From: the human T2T-CHM13v2.0 reference genome, Homo sapiens | Direction: 5' to 3' (one strand) | DNA length: 64,000 bases | Assembly: GCF_009914755.1 (NCBI RefSeq) | Contig: NC_060926.1 | Shown: positions 1 to 12,692 of the stretch, piece by piece | How positions within the stretch are numbered: position 1 is the first letter of the stretch | Layout: each line of letters begins with the position of its first letter | Notes under the pieces: generated by a model | The model's input: the letters and a program-made list of their open reading frames with translations, nothing else | Databases searched by the model: none | Told to the model about the DNA's origin: nothing | Made by a program: the position numbers and the translations under genes

Positions 1-266
1 TTGAAGTCACAGTGTTGAACAGTCCCTTTCATAGAGCACGTTTGAAACAATCTTTTTGTAGTATCTGGAAGTGGACATTTGGAGCGTTCTCAGGACTACG
101 GTGAAAAAGGAAATATCTTCCAAATAAAGCTAGATAGAAGCAATGTCAGAAAATTTTTCATGATGTATCTACTCAGCTAACAGAGTTGAACCTTTCTTTT
201 GACAGAGCAGTTTTGAAACACTCTTTTTGTGGAATCTGCAAGTGGATATTTGTCTAGATTTGAGGA

Positions 267-283
267 TTTCGTTGGAAACGGGA
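267..283 (+). promoter_or_regulatory. CENP-B box (representative, 167-bp B monomer); boxes recur at alternating 338/342-bp spacing throughout the window
   Basis: TTTCGTTGGAAACGGGA matches the established consensus NTTCGNNNNANNCGGGN. Confidence 0.95.
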
Positions 284-433
284 TTACATATAAAAAGCAG
301 ACAGCAGCATTCCCAGAAACTTCTTTGTGATATTTGCATTCAAGTCACAGACTTGAACATTCCCTTTCATAGAGCAGGTTTGAAACACTCTTTTTGTAGT
401 ATCTGGATGTGGACATTTGGAGCGCTTTCAGGC

Positions 434-450
434 CTATGGTGAAAAAGGAA
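434..450 (+). promoter_or_regulatory. pJalpha (A) box, representative; present in the alternate A-type monomers
   Basis: CTATGGTGAAAAAGGAA (CTACGGTGAAAAAGGAA in the other A monomer), at the position homologous to the CENP-B box. Confidence 0.85.
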
Positions 451-604
451 ATATCTTCCCCTGAAAACTAGACAGAAGCATTCTCAGAAACTAATTTGTG
501 ATGTGCGCCCTCAACTAACAGTGTTGAAGCTTTCTTTTGATAGAGCAGATTTGAAACACTCTTTTTGTAAAATCTGCAAGAGGATATTTGGATAGCTTTG
601 AGGA

Positions 605-621
605 TTTCGTTGGAAACGGGA
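605..621 (+). promoter_or_regulatory. CENP-B box (representative, 171-bp B monomer)
   Basis: TTTCGTTGGAAACGGGA followed by TTGTCTTC. Confidence 0.95.
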
Positions 622-1667
622 TTGTCTTCATATACAATCTAGACAGAAGCATTCTCAGAAGCTTCATTGGGATGTTTCAATTGAAGTCACAGTGTTGAAC
701 AGTCCCTTTCGTAGAGCAGGTTTGAAACACTCTTTTTGTAATATCTGGAAGTGGACATTTGGAGCGTTCTCAGGACTATGGTGAAAAAGGAAATATCTTC
801 CAATAAAAGCTAGATAGAAGCAATGTCAGAAACTTTTTCATGATGTATCTACTCAGCTAAAAGAGTTGAACCTTTCTTTTGAGAGAGCAGTTTTGAAACA
901 CTATTTTTGTGGAATCTGCAAGTGGATATTTGTCTAGCTTTGAGGATTTCGTTGGAAACGGGATTACATATAAAAAGCAGACAGCAGCATTCCGAGAAAG
1001 CTCTTTGTGAAATTTGCATTCAAGTCACAGACTTGAACATTCCCTTTCATAGAGCAGGTTTGAAACACTCTTTTTGTAGTATCTGGATGTGGACATTTGG
1101 AGCGCTTTCAGGCCTATGGTGAAAAAGGAAATATCTTCCCCTGAAAACTAGACAGAAGCATTCTCAGAAACTTATTTGTGATGTGCGCCCTCAACTAACG
1201 GTGTTGAAGCTTTCTTTTGATAGAGCAGTTTTGAAACACTCTTTTTGTAAAATCTGCAAGAGGATATTTGGATAGCTTTGAGGATTTCGTTGGAAACGGG
1301 ATTGTCTTCATATAGAATCTAGACAGAAGCATTCTCAGAAGCTTCATTGGGATGTTTCAATTGAAGTCACAGTGTTGAACAGTCCCTTTCATAGAGCAGG
1401 TTTGAAACACTCTTTTTGTAGTATCTGGAGGTGGACATTTGGAGCGTTCTCAGGACTACAGTGGAAAAGGAAATATCTTCCAGTAAAAGCTAGATAGAAA
1501 CAATGTCAGAAAATTTTTTATGATGTATCTACTCAGCTAACAGAGTTGAACCTTTCTTTTGAGAGAGCAGTTTTGAAACACTCTTTTTGTGGAATCTGCA
1601 AGTGGATATTTGTCTAGGTTTGAGGATTGCGTTTGAAACGGGATTACATATAAAAAGCAGACAGCAG

Positions 1668-2005
1668 CATTCCCAGAAACTTCTTTGTGATGTTTGCATT
1701 CAAGTCACAGAGTTGAACATTCCCTTTCATAGAGCAGGTTTGAAACACTCTTTTTGTAGTATCTGGAAGTGGACATTTGGAGCGCTCTCAGGACTACGGT
1801 GAAAAAGGAAATATCTTCCAATAAAAGCTAGATAGAAGCAAAGTCAGAAACTTTTTAATGATCTATCTACTCAGCTAACAGAGTTGAACCTTTCTTTTGA
1901 GAGAGCAGTTTTGAAACATTCTTTTGGTGGAATCTGCAAGTGGATATTTGTCTAGCTTTGAGGATTGCGTTGGAAACGGGATTACATTTAAAAAGCAGAC
2001 AGCAG
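1668..2005 (+). repeat. 338-bp 2-mer HOR structural variant with hybrid A monomer (copy 1)
   Basis: Monomer 1668-1838 starts as monomer 1 (CATTCCCAGAAACTTCTTTG) and ends as monomer 3 (CTGGAAGTGG...CCAATAAAAGCTAGATAG). The HOR phase shifts by 338 bp. Confidence 0.93.
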
Positions 2006-5000
2006 CATTCCCAGAAACATCTTTGTGATGTTTGCATTCAAGTCACAGAGTTGAACATTCCCTTTCATAGAGCAGGTTGGAAACACTCTTTTTGTAGTAT
2101 CTGGATGTGGACATTTGGAGCGCTTTCAGGCCTATGGTGAAAAAGGAAATATCTTCCCCTGAAAACTAGACAGAAGCATTCTCAGAATCTTATTTGTGAT
2201 GTGCGCACTCAACTAACAGTGTTGAAGCTTTCTTTCGATAGAGCAGTTTTGAAACACTCTTTTTGTAAAATCTGCAAGAGGATATTTGGATAGCTTTGAG
2301 GATTTCGTTGGAAACGGGATTGTCTTCATATAAACTCTAGACAGAAGCATTCTCAGAAGCTTCATTGGGATGTTTCAATTGAAGTCACAGTGTTGAACAG
2401 TCCCTTTCATAGAGCAGGTTTGAAACACTCTTTTTGTAGTATCTGGAAGTGGACATTTGGAGCGCTCTCAGGACTACGGTGAAAAAGGAAATATCTTCCA
2501 ATAAAAGCTAGATAGAAGCAATGTCAGAAACATTTTCATGATGCATCTACTCAGCTAATAGAGTTGAACCTTTCTTTTGACAGAGCAGTTTTGAAACACT
2601 CTTTTTGTGGAATCTGCAAGTGGATATTTGTCTAGCTTTGAGGATTTCGTTGGAAACGGGATTACATATAAAAAGCAGATAGCAGCATTACCAGAAAGTT
2701 CTTTGTGAAATTTGCATTCAAGTCACAGACTTGAACATTTCCTTTCATAGAGCAGGTTTGAAACACTCTTTTTGTAGTATCTGGATGTGGACATTTGGAG
2801 CGCTTTCAGGCCTATGGTGAAAAAGGAAATATCTTCCCCTGAAAACTAGACAGAATCATTCTCAGAAACTTATTTGTGATGTGCGCCCTCAACTAACAGT
2901 GTTGAAGCTTTCTTTTGATAGAGCAGTTTTGAAACACTCTTTTTGTAAAATCTGCAAGAGGATATTTGGATAGCTTGGAGGATTTCGTTGGAAACGGGAT
3001 TGTCTTCATATTAACCCTAGACAGTTGCATTCTCAGAAGCTTCATTGGGATGTTTCAATTGAAGTCACAGTGTTGAACAGTCCCTTTCATAGAGCAGGTT
3101 TGAAACACTCTTTTTGTAGCATCTGGAAGTGGACATTTGGAGCGTTCTCAGGACTACGGTGAAAAAGGAAATATCTTCCAATAAAAGCTAGATAGAAGCA
3201 ATGTCAGAAACTTTTTCATGATGTATCTACTCAGCTAAAAGAGTTGAACCTTTCTTTTGAGAGAGCAGTTTTGAAACACTATTTTTGTGGAATCTGCAAG
3301 TGGATATTTGTCTAGCTTAGAGGATTTCGTTGGAAACGGGATTACATATAAAAAGCAGACAGCAGCATTCCCAGAAAGTTCTTTGTGAAATTTGCATTCA
3401 AGTCACAGACTTGAACATTCCCTTTCACAGAGCAGGTTTGAAACACTCTTTTTGTAGTATCTGGATGCGGACATTTGGAGCGCTTTCAGGCCTATGGTGA
3501 AAAAGGAAATATCTTCCCCTGAAAACAAGACAGAAGCATTCTCAGAATCTTATTTGTGATGTGCGCCCTCAACTAACAGTGTTGAAGCTTTCTTTTGATA
3601 GAGCAGTTTTGAAACACTCTTTTTGTAAAATCTGCAAGAGGATATTTGGATAGCTTTGAGGATTTCGTTGGAAACGGGATTGTCTTCATATAGAATCTAG
3701 ACAGAAGCATTCTCAGAAGCTTCATTGGGATGTTTCAATTGAAGTCACAGTGTTGAACAGTCCCTTTCATAGAGCAGGTTTGAAACACTCTTTTTGTAGT
3801 ATCTGGAAGTGGACATTTGGAGCGCTCTCAGGACTACGGTGAAAAAGGAAATATCTTCCAATAAAAGCTAGATAGAAGCAATGTCAGAAACTTTTTCATG
3901 ATGTATCTACTCAGCTAACAGAGTTGAACCTTTGTTTTGAGAGAGCCGTTTTGAAACACTCTTTTTGTGGAATCTGCAAGTGGATATTTGTCTAGCTTTG
4001 AGGATTTCGTTGGAAACGGGATTACATATAAAAAGCAGACAGCAGCATTCACAGAAACTTGTTTGTGATGTTTGCATTCAAGTCACAGAGTTGAACATTC
4101 CCTTTCATAGAGCAGGTTTGAAACACTCTTTTTGTAGTATCTGGATGTGGACATTTGGAGCGCTTTCAGGCCTATGGTGAAAAAGGAAATATCTTCCCCT
4201 GAAAACTAGACAGAAGCATTCTCAGAAACTTATTTGTGATGCGCGCCCTCAACTAACAGTGTTGAAGCTTTCTTTTGATAGAGCAGTTTTTAAACACTCT
4301 TTTTGTAAAATCTGCAAGAGGATATTTGGATAGCTTTGAGGAATTCGTTGGAAACGGGATTGTCTTCATATTAACCCTACACAGTAGCATTCTCAGAAGC
4401 TTCATTGGGATGTTTCAATTGAAGTCACAGTGTTGAACAGTCCCTTTCATAGAGCAGGTTTGAAACACTCTTTTTGTAGCATCTGGAAGTGGACATTTGG
4501 AGCGTTCTCAGGACTACGGTGAAAAAGGAAATATCTTCCAATAAAAGCTAGATAGAAGCAATATCATAAACTTTTTCATGATGTATCTACTCAGCTAAAA
4601 GAGTTGAACCTTTCTTTTGAGAGAGCAGTTTTCAAACACTCTTTTTGTGGAATCTGCAAGTGGATATTTGTCTGGCTTTGAGGATTTCGTTGGAAACGGG
4701 ATTACATATAAAAAGCAGACAGCAGCATTCCCAGAAAGTTCTTTGTGAAATTTGCATTCAAGTCACAGACTTGAACATTCCCTTTCATAGAGGAGGTTTG
4801 AAACACTCTTTTTGTAGTATCTGGATGTGGACATTTGGAGCGCTCTCAGGCCTATGGTGAAAAAGGAAATATCTTCCCCTGAAAACTAGACAGAAGCATT
4901 CTCAGAATCTTATTTGTGATGTGCGCCCTCAACTAACAGTGTTGAACCTTTCTTTTGATAGAGCAGTTTTGAAACACTCTTTTTGTAAAATCTGCAAGAG

Positions 5001-8000
5001 GATATTTGGATAGCTTTGAGGATTTCGTTGGAAACGGGATTGTCTTCATATAGAATCTAGACAGAAGCATTCTCAGAAGCTTCATTGGGATGTTTCAATT
5101 GAAGTCACAGTGTTGAACAGTCCCTTTCATAGAGCAGGTTTGAAACACTGTTTTTGTAGTATCTGGAAGTGGACATTTGGAGCGTTCTCAGGACTACAGA
5201 GAAAAAGGAAATATCTACCAATAAAAGCTAGATAGAAGCAATGTCAGAAAATTTTTCATGATGTATCTACTCAGCTAACAGAGTTGAACCTTTCTTTTGA
5301 CAGAGCAGTTTTGAAACACTCTTTTTGTGGAATCTGCAAGTGGATATTTGTCTAGCTTTGAGGATTTCGTTGGAAACGGGATTACATATAAAAAGCAGAC
5401 AGCAGCATTCCCAGAAACTTCTTTGTGATATTTGCATTCAAGTCACAGACTTGAACATTCCCTTTCATAGAGTAGGTTTGAAACACTCTTTTTGTAGTAT
5501 CTGGATGTGGACATTTGCAGCGCTTTCAGGCCTATGGTGAAAAAGGAAATATCTTCCCCTGAAAACTAGACAGAAGCATTCTCAGAAACTTATTTGTGAT
5601 GTGCGCCCTCAACTAACAGTGTTGAAGCTTTCTTTTGATAGAGCAGTTTTGAAACACTCTTTTTGTAAAATCTGCAAGAGGATATTTGGATAGCTTGGAG
5701 GATTTCGTTGGAAACGGGATTGTCTTCATATTAACCCTAGACAGTTGCATTCTCAGAAGCTTCATTGGGATGTTTCAATTGAAGTCACAGTGTTGAACAG
5801 TCCCTTTCATAGAGCAGGTTTGAAACACTCTTTTTGTAGCATCTGGAAGTGGACATTTGGAGCGTTCTCAGGACTACGGTGAAAAAGGAAATATCTTCCA
5901 ATAAAAGCTACATAGAAGCAATGTCAGAAACTTTTTCATGATGTATCTACTCAGCTAAAAGAGTTGAACCTTTCTTTTGAGAGAGCAGTTTTGAAACACT
6001 ATTTTTGTGGAATCTGCAAGTGGATATTTGTCTAGCTTTGAGGATTTCGTTGGAAACGGGATTACATATAAAAAGCAGACAGCAGCATTCCCAGAAAGTT
6101 CTTTTTGAAATTTGCATTCAAGTCACAGACCTGAACATTCCCTTTCATAGAGCAGGTTTGAAACACTCTTTTTGTAGTATCTGGATGCGGACATTTGGAG
6201 CGCTTTCAGGCCTATGGTGAAAAAGGAAATATCTTCCCCTGAAAACAAGACAGAAGCATTCTCAGAATCTTATTTGTGATGTGCGCCCTCAACTAACAGT
6301 GTTGAAGCTTTCTTTTGATAGAGCAGTTTTGAAACACTCTTTTTGTAAAATCTGCAAGAGGATATTTGGATAGCTTTGAGGATTTCGTTGGAAACGGGAT
6401 TGTCTTCATATAGAATCTAGACAGAAGCATTCTCAGAAGCTTCATTGGGATGTTTCAATTGAAGTCACAGTGTTGAACAGTCCCTTTCATAGAGCAGGTT
6501 TGAAACACTCTTTTTGTAGTATCTGGAAGTGGACATTTGGAGCGCTCTCAGGACTACGGTGAAAAAGGAAATATCTTCCAATAAAAGCTAGATAGAAGCA
6601 ATGTCAGAAACTTTTTCATGATGTATCTACTCAGCTAACAGAGTTGAACCTTTCTTTTGAGAGAGCCGTTTTGAAACACTCTTTTTGTGGAATCTGCAAG
6701 TGGATATTTGTCTAGCTTTGAGGATTTCTTTGGAAACGGGATTATATATAAAAAGCAGACAGCAGCATTCCCAGAAACTTCTTTGTGATGTTTGCATTCA
6801 AGTCACAGAGTTGAACATTCCCTTTCATAGAGCAGGTTTGAAACACTCTTTTTGTAGTATCTGGATGTGGACATTTGGAGCGCTCTCAGGCCTATGGTGA
6901 AAAAGGAAATATCTTCCCCTGAAAACTAGACAGAAGCATTCTCAGAAACTTATTTGTGATGTGCGCCCTCAACTAACAGTGTTGAACTTTTCTTTTGATA
7001 GAGCAGTTTTGAAACACTCTTTTTGTAAAATCTGCAAGAGGATATTTGGATAGCTTTGAGGATTTCGTTGGAAACGGGATTGTCTTCATATAAAATCTAG
7101 ACAGAAACATTCTCAGAAGCTTCATTGGGATGTTTCAATTGAAGTCACAGTGTTGAACAGTCCCTTTCATAGAGCATGTTTGAAACAATCTTTTTGTAGT
7201 ATCTGGAAGTGGACATTTGGAGCGCTCTCAGGACTACGGTGAAAAAGGAAATATCTTCCAAATAAAGCTAGATAGAAGCAATGTCAGAAAATTTTTCATG
7301 ATGTATCTATTCAGCTAACAGAGTTGAACCTTTCTTTTGACAGAGCAGTTTTGAAACACTCTTTTTGTGGAATCTGCAAGTGGATATTTGTCTAGCTTTG
7401 AGGATTTCGTTGGAAACGGGATTACATATAAAAAGCAGACAGCAGCATTCCCAGAAACTTCTTTGTGATATTTGCATTCAAGTCACAGACTTGAACATTC
7501 CCTTTCATAGAGCAGGTTTGAAACACTCTTTTTGTAGTATCTGGATGTGGACATTTGGAGCGCTTTCCGGCCTATGGTGAAAAAGGAAATATCTTCCCCT
7601 GAAAACTAGACAGAAGCATTCTCAGAAACTTATTTGTGATGTGCGCCCTCAACTAACAGTGTTGAAGCTTTCTTTTGATAGAGCAGTTTTGAAACACTCT
7701 TTTTGTAAAATCTGCAAGAGGATATTTGGATAGCTTTGAGGATTTCGTTGGAAACGGGATTGTCTTCATATACAATCTAGACAGAAGCATTCTCAGAAGC
7801 TTCATTGGGATGTTTCAATTGAAGTTACAGTGTTGAACACTCCCTTTCGTAGAGCAGGTTTGAAACACTCTTTTTGTAATATCTGGAAGTGGACATTTGG
7901 AGCGTTCTCAGGACTATGGTGAAAAAGGAAATAACTTCCAATAAAAGCTAGATAGAAGCAATGTCAGAAACTTTTTCATGATGTATCTACTCAGCTAACA

Positions 8001-11000
8001 GAGTTGAACCTTTCTTTTGAGAGAGCCGTTTTGAAACACTCTTTTTGTGGAATCTGCAAGTGGATATTTGTCTAGCTTTGAGGATTTCGTTGGAAACGGG
8101 ATTACATATAAAAAGCAGACAGCAGCATTCCCAGAAACTTCTTTGTGATGTTTGCATTCAAGTCACAGAGTTGAACATTCCCTTTCATAGAGCAGGTTTG
8201 AAACACTCTTTTTGTAGTATCTGGATGTGGACATTTGGAGCGCTTTCAGGCCTATGGTGAAAAAGGAAATATCTTCCCCTGAAAACTAGACAGAAGCATT
8301 CTCAGAAACTTATTTGTAATGTGCGCCCTCAACTAACAGTGTTAAACCTTTCTTTTGATAGAGTAGTTTTGAAACACTCTTTGTAAAATCTGCAAGAGGA
8401 TATTTTGATAGCTTTGAGGATTTCTTTGGAAACGGGATTGTCTTCATATAAAATCTAGACAAAAGCATTCTCAGAAGCTTCATTGGGATGTTTCAATTGA
8501 AGTCACAGTGTTGAACAGTCCCTTTCATAGAGCATGTTTGAAACACTCTTTTTGTAGTATCTGGAAGTTGACATTTGGAGCGTTTTCAGGACTACGGTGA
8601 AAAAGGAAATATCTTCCAAATAAAGCTAGATAGAAGCAATGTCAGAAAATTTTTCATGATGTATCTACTTAGCTAACAGAATTTAACCTTTCTTTTGAGA
8701 GAGAAGTTTTGAAACACTCTTTTTGTGGAATCTGCAAGTGGATATTTGTCTAGGTTTGAGGATTTCGTTGGAAACCGGATTACATATGAAAAGCAGACAG
8801 CAGCATTCCCAGAAACTTCTTTGTGATGTTTGCATTCAAGTCACAGAGTTGAACATTCCCTTTCATAGAGCAGGTTTGAAACACTCTTTTTGTAGTATCT
8901 GGATGTGGACATTTGGAGCGCTTTCAGGCCTATGGTGAAAAAGGAAATATCTTCCCCTGAAAACTAGACAGAAGCATTCTCAGAAACTTATTTGTGATGT
9001 GCACCCTCAACTAACAGTGTTGAAGCTTTCTTTTGACAGAGCAGTTTGAAACACTCTTTTTGTAAAATCTGCAAGAGGATATTTGGATTGCTTTGAGGAT
9101 TTCGGAGGAAATGGGATTGTCTTCATATAAACTCTAGACAGTAGCATTCTCAGAAGCTTCATTGGGATGTTTCAATTGAAGTCACAGTGTTGAACAGTCC
9201 GTTTCATAGAGCAGGTTTGAAACACTCTTTTTGTAGTATCTGGAAGTGGACATTTGGAGCGCTCTCAGGACTACGGTGAAAAAGGAAATATCTTCCAATA
9301 AAAGCTAGATAGAAGCAATGTCAGAAACTTTTTCATGATGTATCTACTCAGCTAACAGAGTTGAACCTTTTTTTTGAGAGAGCAGTTTTGAAACACTCTT
9401 TTTGTTCGATCTGCAGGTGGATATTTGTCTAGGTTTGAGGATTTCGTTGGAAACGGGATTACATATAAAAAACAGACAGCAGCATTCCCAGAAACTTCTT
9501 TGTGATGTTTGCATTCAAGTCACAGAGTTGAACATTTCCTTTCATAGAGCAGGTTTGAAACACTATTTTTGTAGTATCTGGATGTGGACATTTGGAGCGC
9601 TCTCAGGCCTATGGTGAAAAAGGAAATATCTTCCCCTGCAAACTAGACAGAAGCATTCTCAGAAACTTATTTGTGATGTGGGCCCTCAACTAACAATGTT
9701 GAACCTTTCTGTTGATAGAGTAGTTTTGAAACACTCTTTTTGTAAAATCTGCAAGAGGATATTTGGATAGCTTTGAGGATTTCGTTGGAAACGGGATTGT
9801 CTTCATATTAACCCTAGACAGTAGCATTCTCAGAAGGTTCATTGGGATGTTTCAATTGAAGTCACAGTGTTGAACAATCACTTTCATAGAGCAGGTTTGA
9901 AACACTCTTTTTGTAGCATCTGGAAGTGGACATTTGGAGCGCTCTCAGGACTACGGTGAAAAAGGAAATATCTTCCAATAAAAGCTAGATAGAAGCAATG
10001 TCAGAAACTTTTTCATGATGTATCTACTCAGCTAAAAGAGTTGAACCTTTCTTTTCTGAGAGCAGTTTTGAAACACTATTTTTGTGGAATCTGCAAGTGG
10101 ATATTTGTCTAGCTTTGAGGATTCCGTTGGAAACGGGATTACATAGAAAAAGCAGACAGCAGCATTCCCAGAAACTTCTTTGTGAAATTTGCATTCAAGT
10201 CACAGACTTGAACATTCCCTTTCATAGAGCAGGTTTGAAACACTCTTTTTGTAGTATCTGGATGTGGACGTTTGGAGCGCTTTCAGGCCTATGGTGAAAA
10301 AGGAAATATCTTCCCCTGAAAACTAGACAGAAGCATTCTCAGAAACTTATTTGTGATGTGCGCCCTCAACTAACAGTGTTGAACCTTTCTTTTGATAGAG
10401 TAGTTTTGAAACACTCTTTTTGTAAAATCTGCAAGAGGATATTTGGATAGCTTTGAGTATTTCGTTGGAAACGGGATTGTCTTCATATAAACTCTAGACA
10501 GTAGCATTCTGAGAAGCTTCATTGGGATGTTTCAATTGAAGTCACAGTGTTGAACAGTCCCTTTCATAGAGCAGGTTTGAAACACTCTTTTTGTAGCATC
10601 TGGAAGTGGACATTTGGAGCGCTCTCAGGACTACGGTGAAAAAGGAAATATCTTCCAATAAAAGCTAGATAGAAGCAATGTGAGAAACTTTTTCATGATG
10701 TATCTACTCAGCTAAAAGAGTTGAACCTTTCTTTTGAGAGAGCAGTTTTGAAACACTCTTTTTGTGGAATCTGCAAGTGGATATTTGTCTAGCTTTGAGG
10801 ACTTCTTTGGAAACGGGATTACATATAAAAAGCAGACAGCAGCATTCCCAGAAACTTCTTTGTGATGTTTGCATTCAAGTCACAGAGTTGAACATTCCCT
10901 TTCATAGAGCAGGTTTGAAACACTCTTTTTGTAGTATCTGGATGTGGACATTTGGAGCGCTCTCAGGCCTATGGTGAAAAAGGAAATATCTTCCCCTGAA

Positions 11001-12692
11001 AACTAGATAGAAGCATTCTGAGAAACTTATTTGTGATGTGCGCCCTCAACTAACAGTGTTGAACTTTTCTTTTGATAGAGCAGTTTTGAAACACTCTTTT
11101 TGTAAAATCTGCAAGAGGATATTTGGATAGCTTTGAGGATTTCGTTGGAAACGGGATTGTCTTCATATAAAATCTAGACAGAAGCATTCTCAGAAGCTTC
11201 ATTGGGATGTTTCAATTGAAGTCACAGTGTTGAACAGTCCCTTTCATAGAGCATGTTTGAAACAATCTTTTTGTAGTATCTGGAAGTGGACATTTGGAGC
11301 GCTCTCAGGACTACGGTGAAAAAGGAAATATCTTCCAAATAAAGCTAGATAGAAGCAATGTCAGAAAATTTTTCATGATGTATCTATTCAGCTAACAGAG
11401 TTGAACCTTTCTTTTGACAGAGCAGTTTTGAAACACTCTTTTTGTGGAATCTGCAAGTGGATATTTGTCTAGCTTTGAGGATTTCGTTGGAAACGGGATT
11501 ACATATAAAAAGCAGACAGCAGCATTCCCAGAAACTTCTTTGTGATATTTGCATTCAAGTCACAGACTTGAACATTCCCTTTCATAGAGCAGGTTTGAAA
11601 CACTCTTTTTGTAGTATCTGGATGTGGACATTTGGAGCGCTTTCAGGCCTATGGTGAAAAAGGAAATATCTTCCCCTGAAAACTAGACAGAAGCATTCTG
11701 AGAAACTTATTTGTGATGTGCGCCCTCAACTAACAGTGTTGAAGCTTTCTTTTGATAGAGCAGTTTTGAAACACTCTTTTTGTAAAATCTGCAAGAGGAT
11801 ATTTGGATAGCTTTGAGGATTTCGTTGGAAACGGGATTGTCTTCATATACAATCTAGACAGAAGCATTCTCAGAAGCTTCATTGGGATGTTTCAATTAAA
11901 GTCACAGTGTTGAACAGTCCCTATCGTAGAGCAGGTTTGAAACACTCTTTTTGTAATATCTGGAAGTGGAGATTTGGAGCGCTCTCAGGACTACGGTGAA
12001 AAAGGAAATATCTTCCAATAAAAGCTAGATAGAAGCAATGTCAGAAACTTTTTCATGATGTATCTACTCAGCTAACAGAGTTGAACCTTTTTTTTGAGAG
12101 AGCAGTTTTGAAACACTCTTTTTGTTGGATCTGCAGGTGGATATTTGTCTAGCTTTGAGGATTTCGTTGGAAACGGGATTACATATAAAAAGCAGACAGC
12201 AGCATTCCCAGAAACTTCTTTGTGATATTTGCATTCAAGTCACAGACTTGAACATTCCCTTTCATAGAGCAGGTTTGAAACACTCTTTTTGTAGTATCTG
12301 GATGTGGACATTTGGAGCGCTTTCAGGCCTATGGTGAAAAAGGAAATATCTTCCCCTGAAAACTAGACAGAAGCATTCTCAGAAACTTATTTGTGATGTG
12401 CGCCCTCAACTAACAGTGTTGAAGCTTTCTTTTGATAGAGCAGTTTTGAAACACTCTTTTTGTAAAATCTGCAAGAGGATATTTGGATAGCTTTGAGGAT
12501 TTCATTGGGAACGGGATTGTCTTCATATACAATCTAGACAGAAGCATTCTCAGAAGCTTCATTGGGATGTTTCAATTGAAGTCACAGTGTTGAACAGTCC
12601 CTTTCGTAGAGCAGGTTTGAAACACTCTTTTTGTAATATCTGGAAGTGGACATTTGGAGCGTTCTCAGGACTATGGTGAAAAAGGAAATATC

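Larger units (their letters stand above)
308..987 (+). repeat. Representative canonical 4-mer HOR unit: monomers 308-478 (A), 479-649 (B), 650-820 (A), 821-987 (B, 167 bp)
   Basis: Monomer starts CATTCCCAG (308), CATTCTCAG (479), CATTCTCAG (650), CAATGTCAG (821); the next unit starts at 988. Lengths 171/171/171/167 sum to 680. Confidence 0.95.
1..12015 (+). repeat. At least 12-kb block duplicated at 51986-64000 (offset 51,985 bp), copy 1
   Basis: Identical order of HOR variants; ORF starts 227->52212 through 11442->63427 all differ by exactly 51985. Confidence 0.93.

Noticed and set aside
802-807. AATAAA hexamers and TATATAAAA-like motifs once per HOR
   Set aside because: These are intrinsic AT-rich satellite motifs; the sequence alone gives no support for polyadenylation or promoter function.
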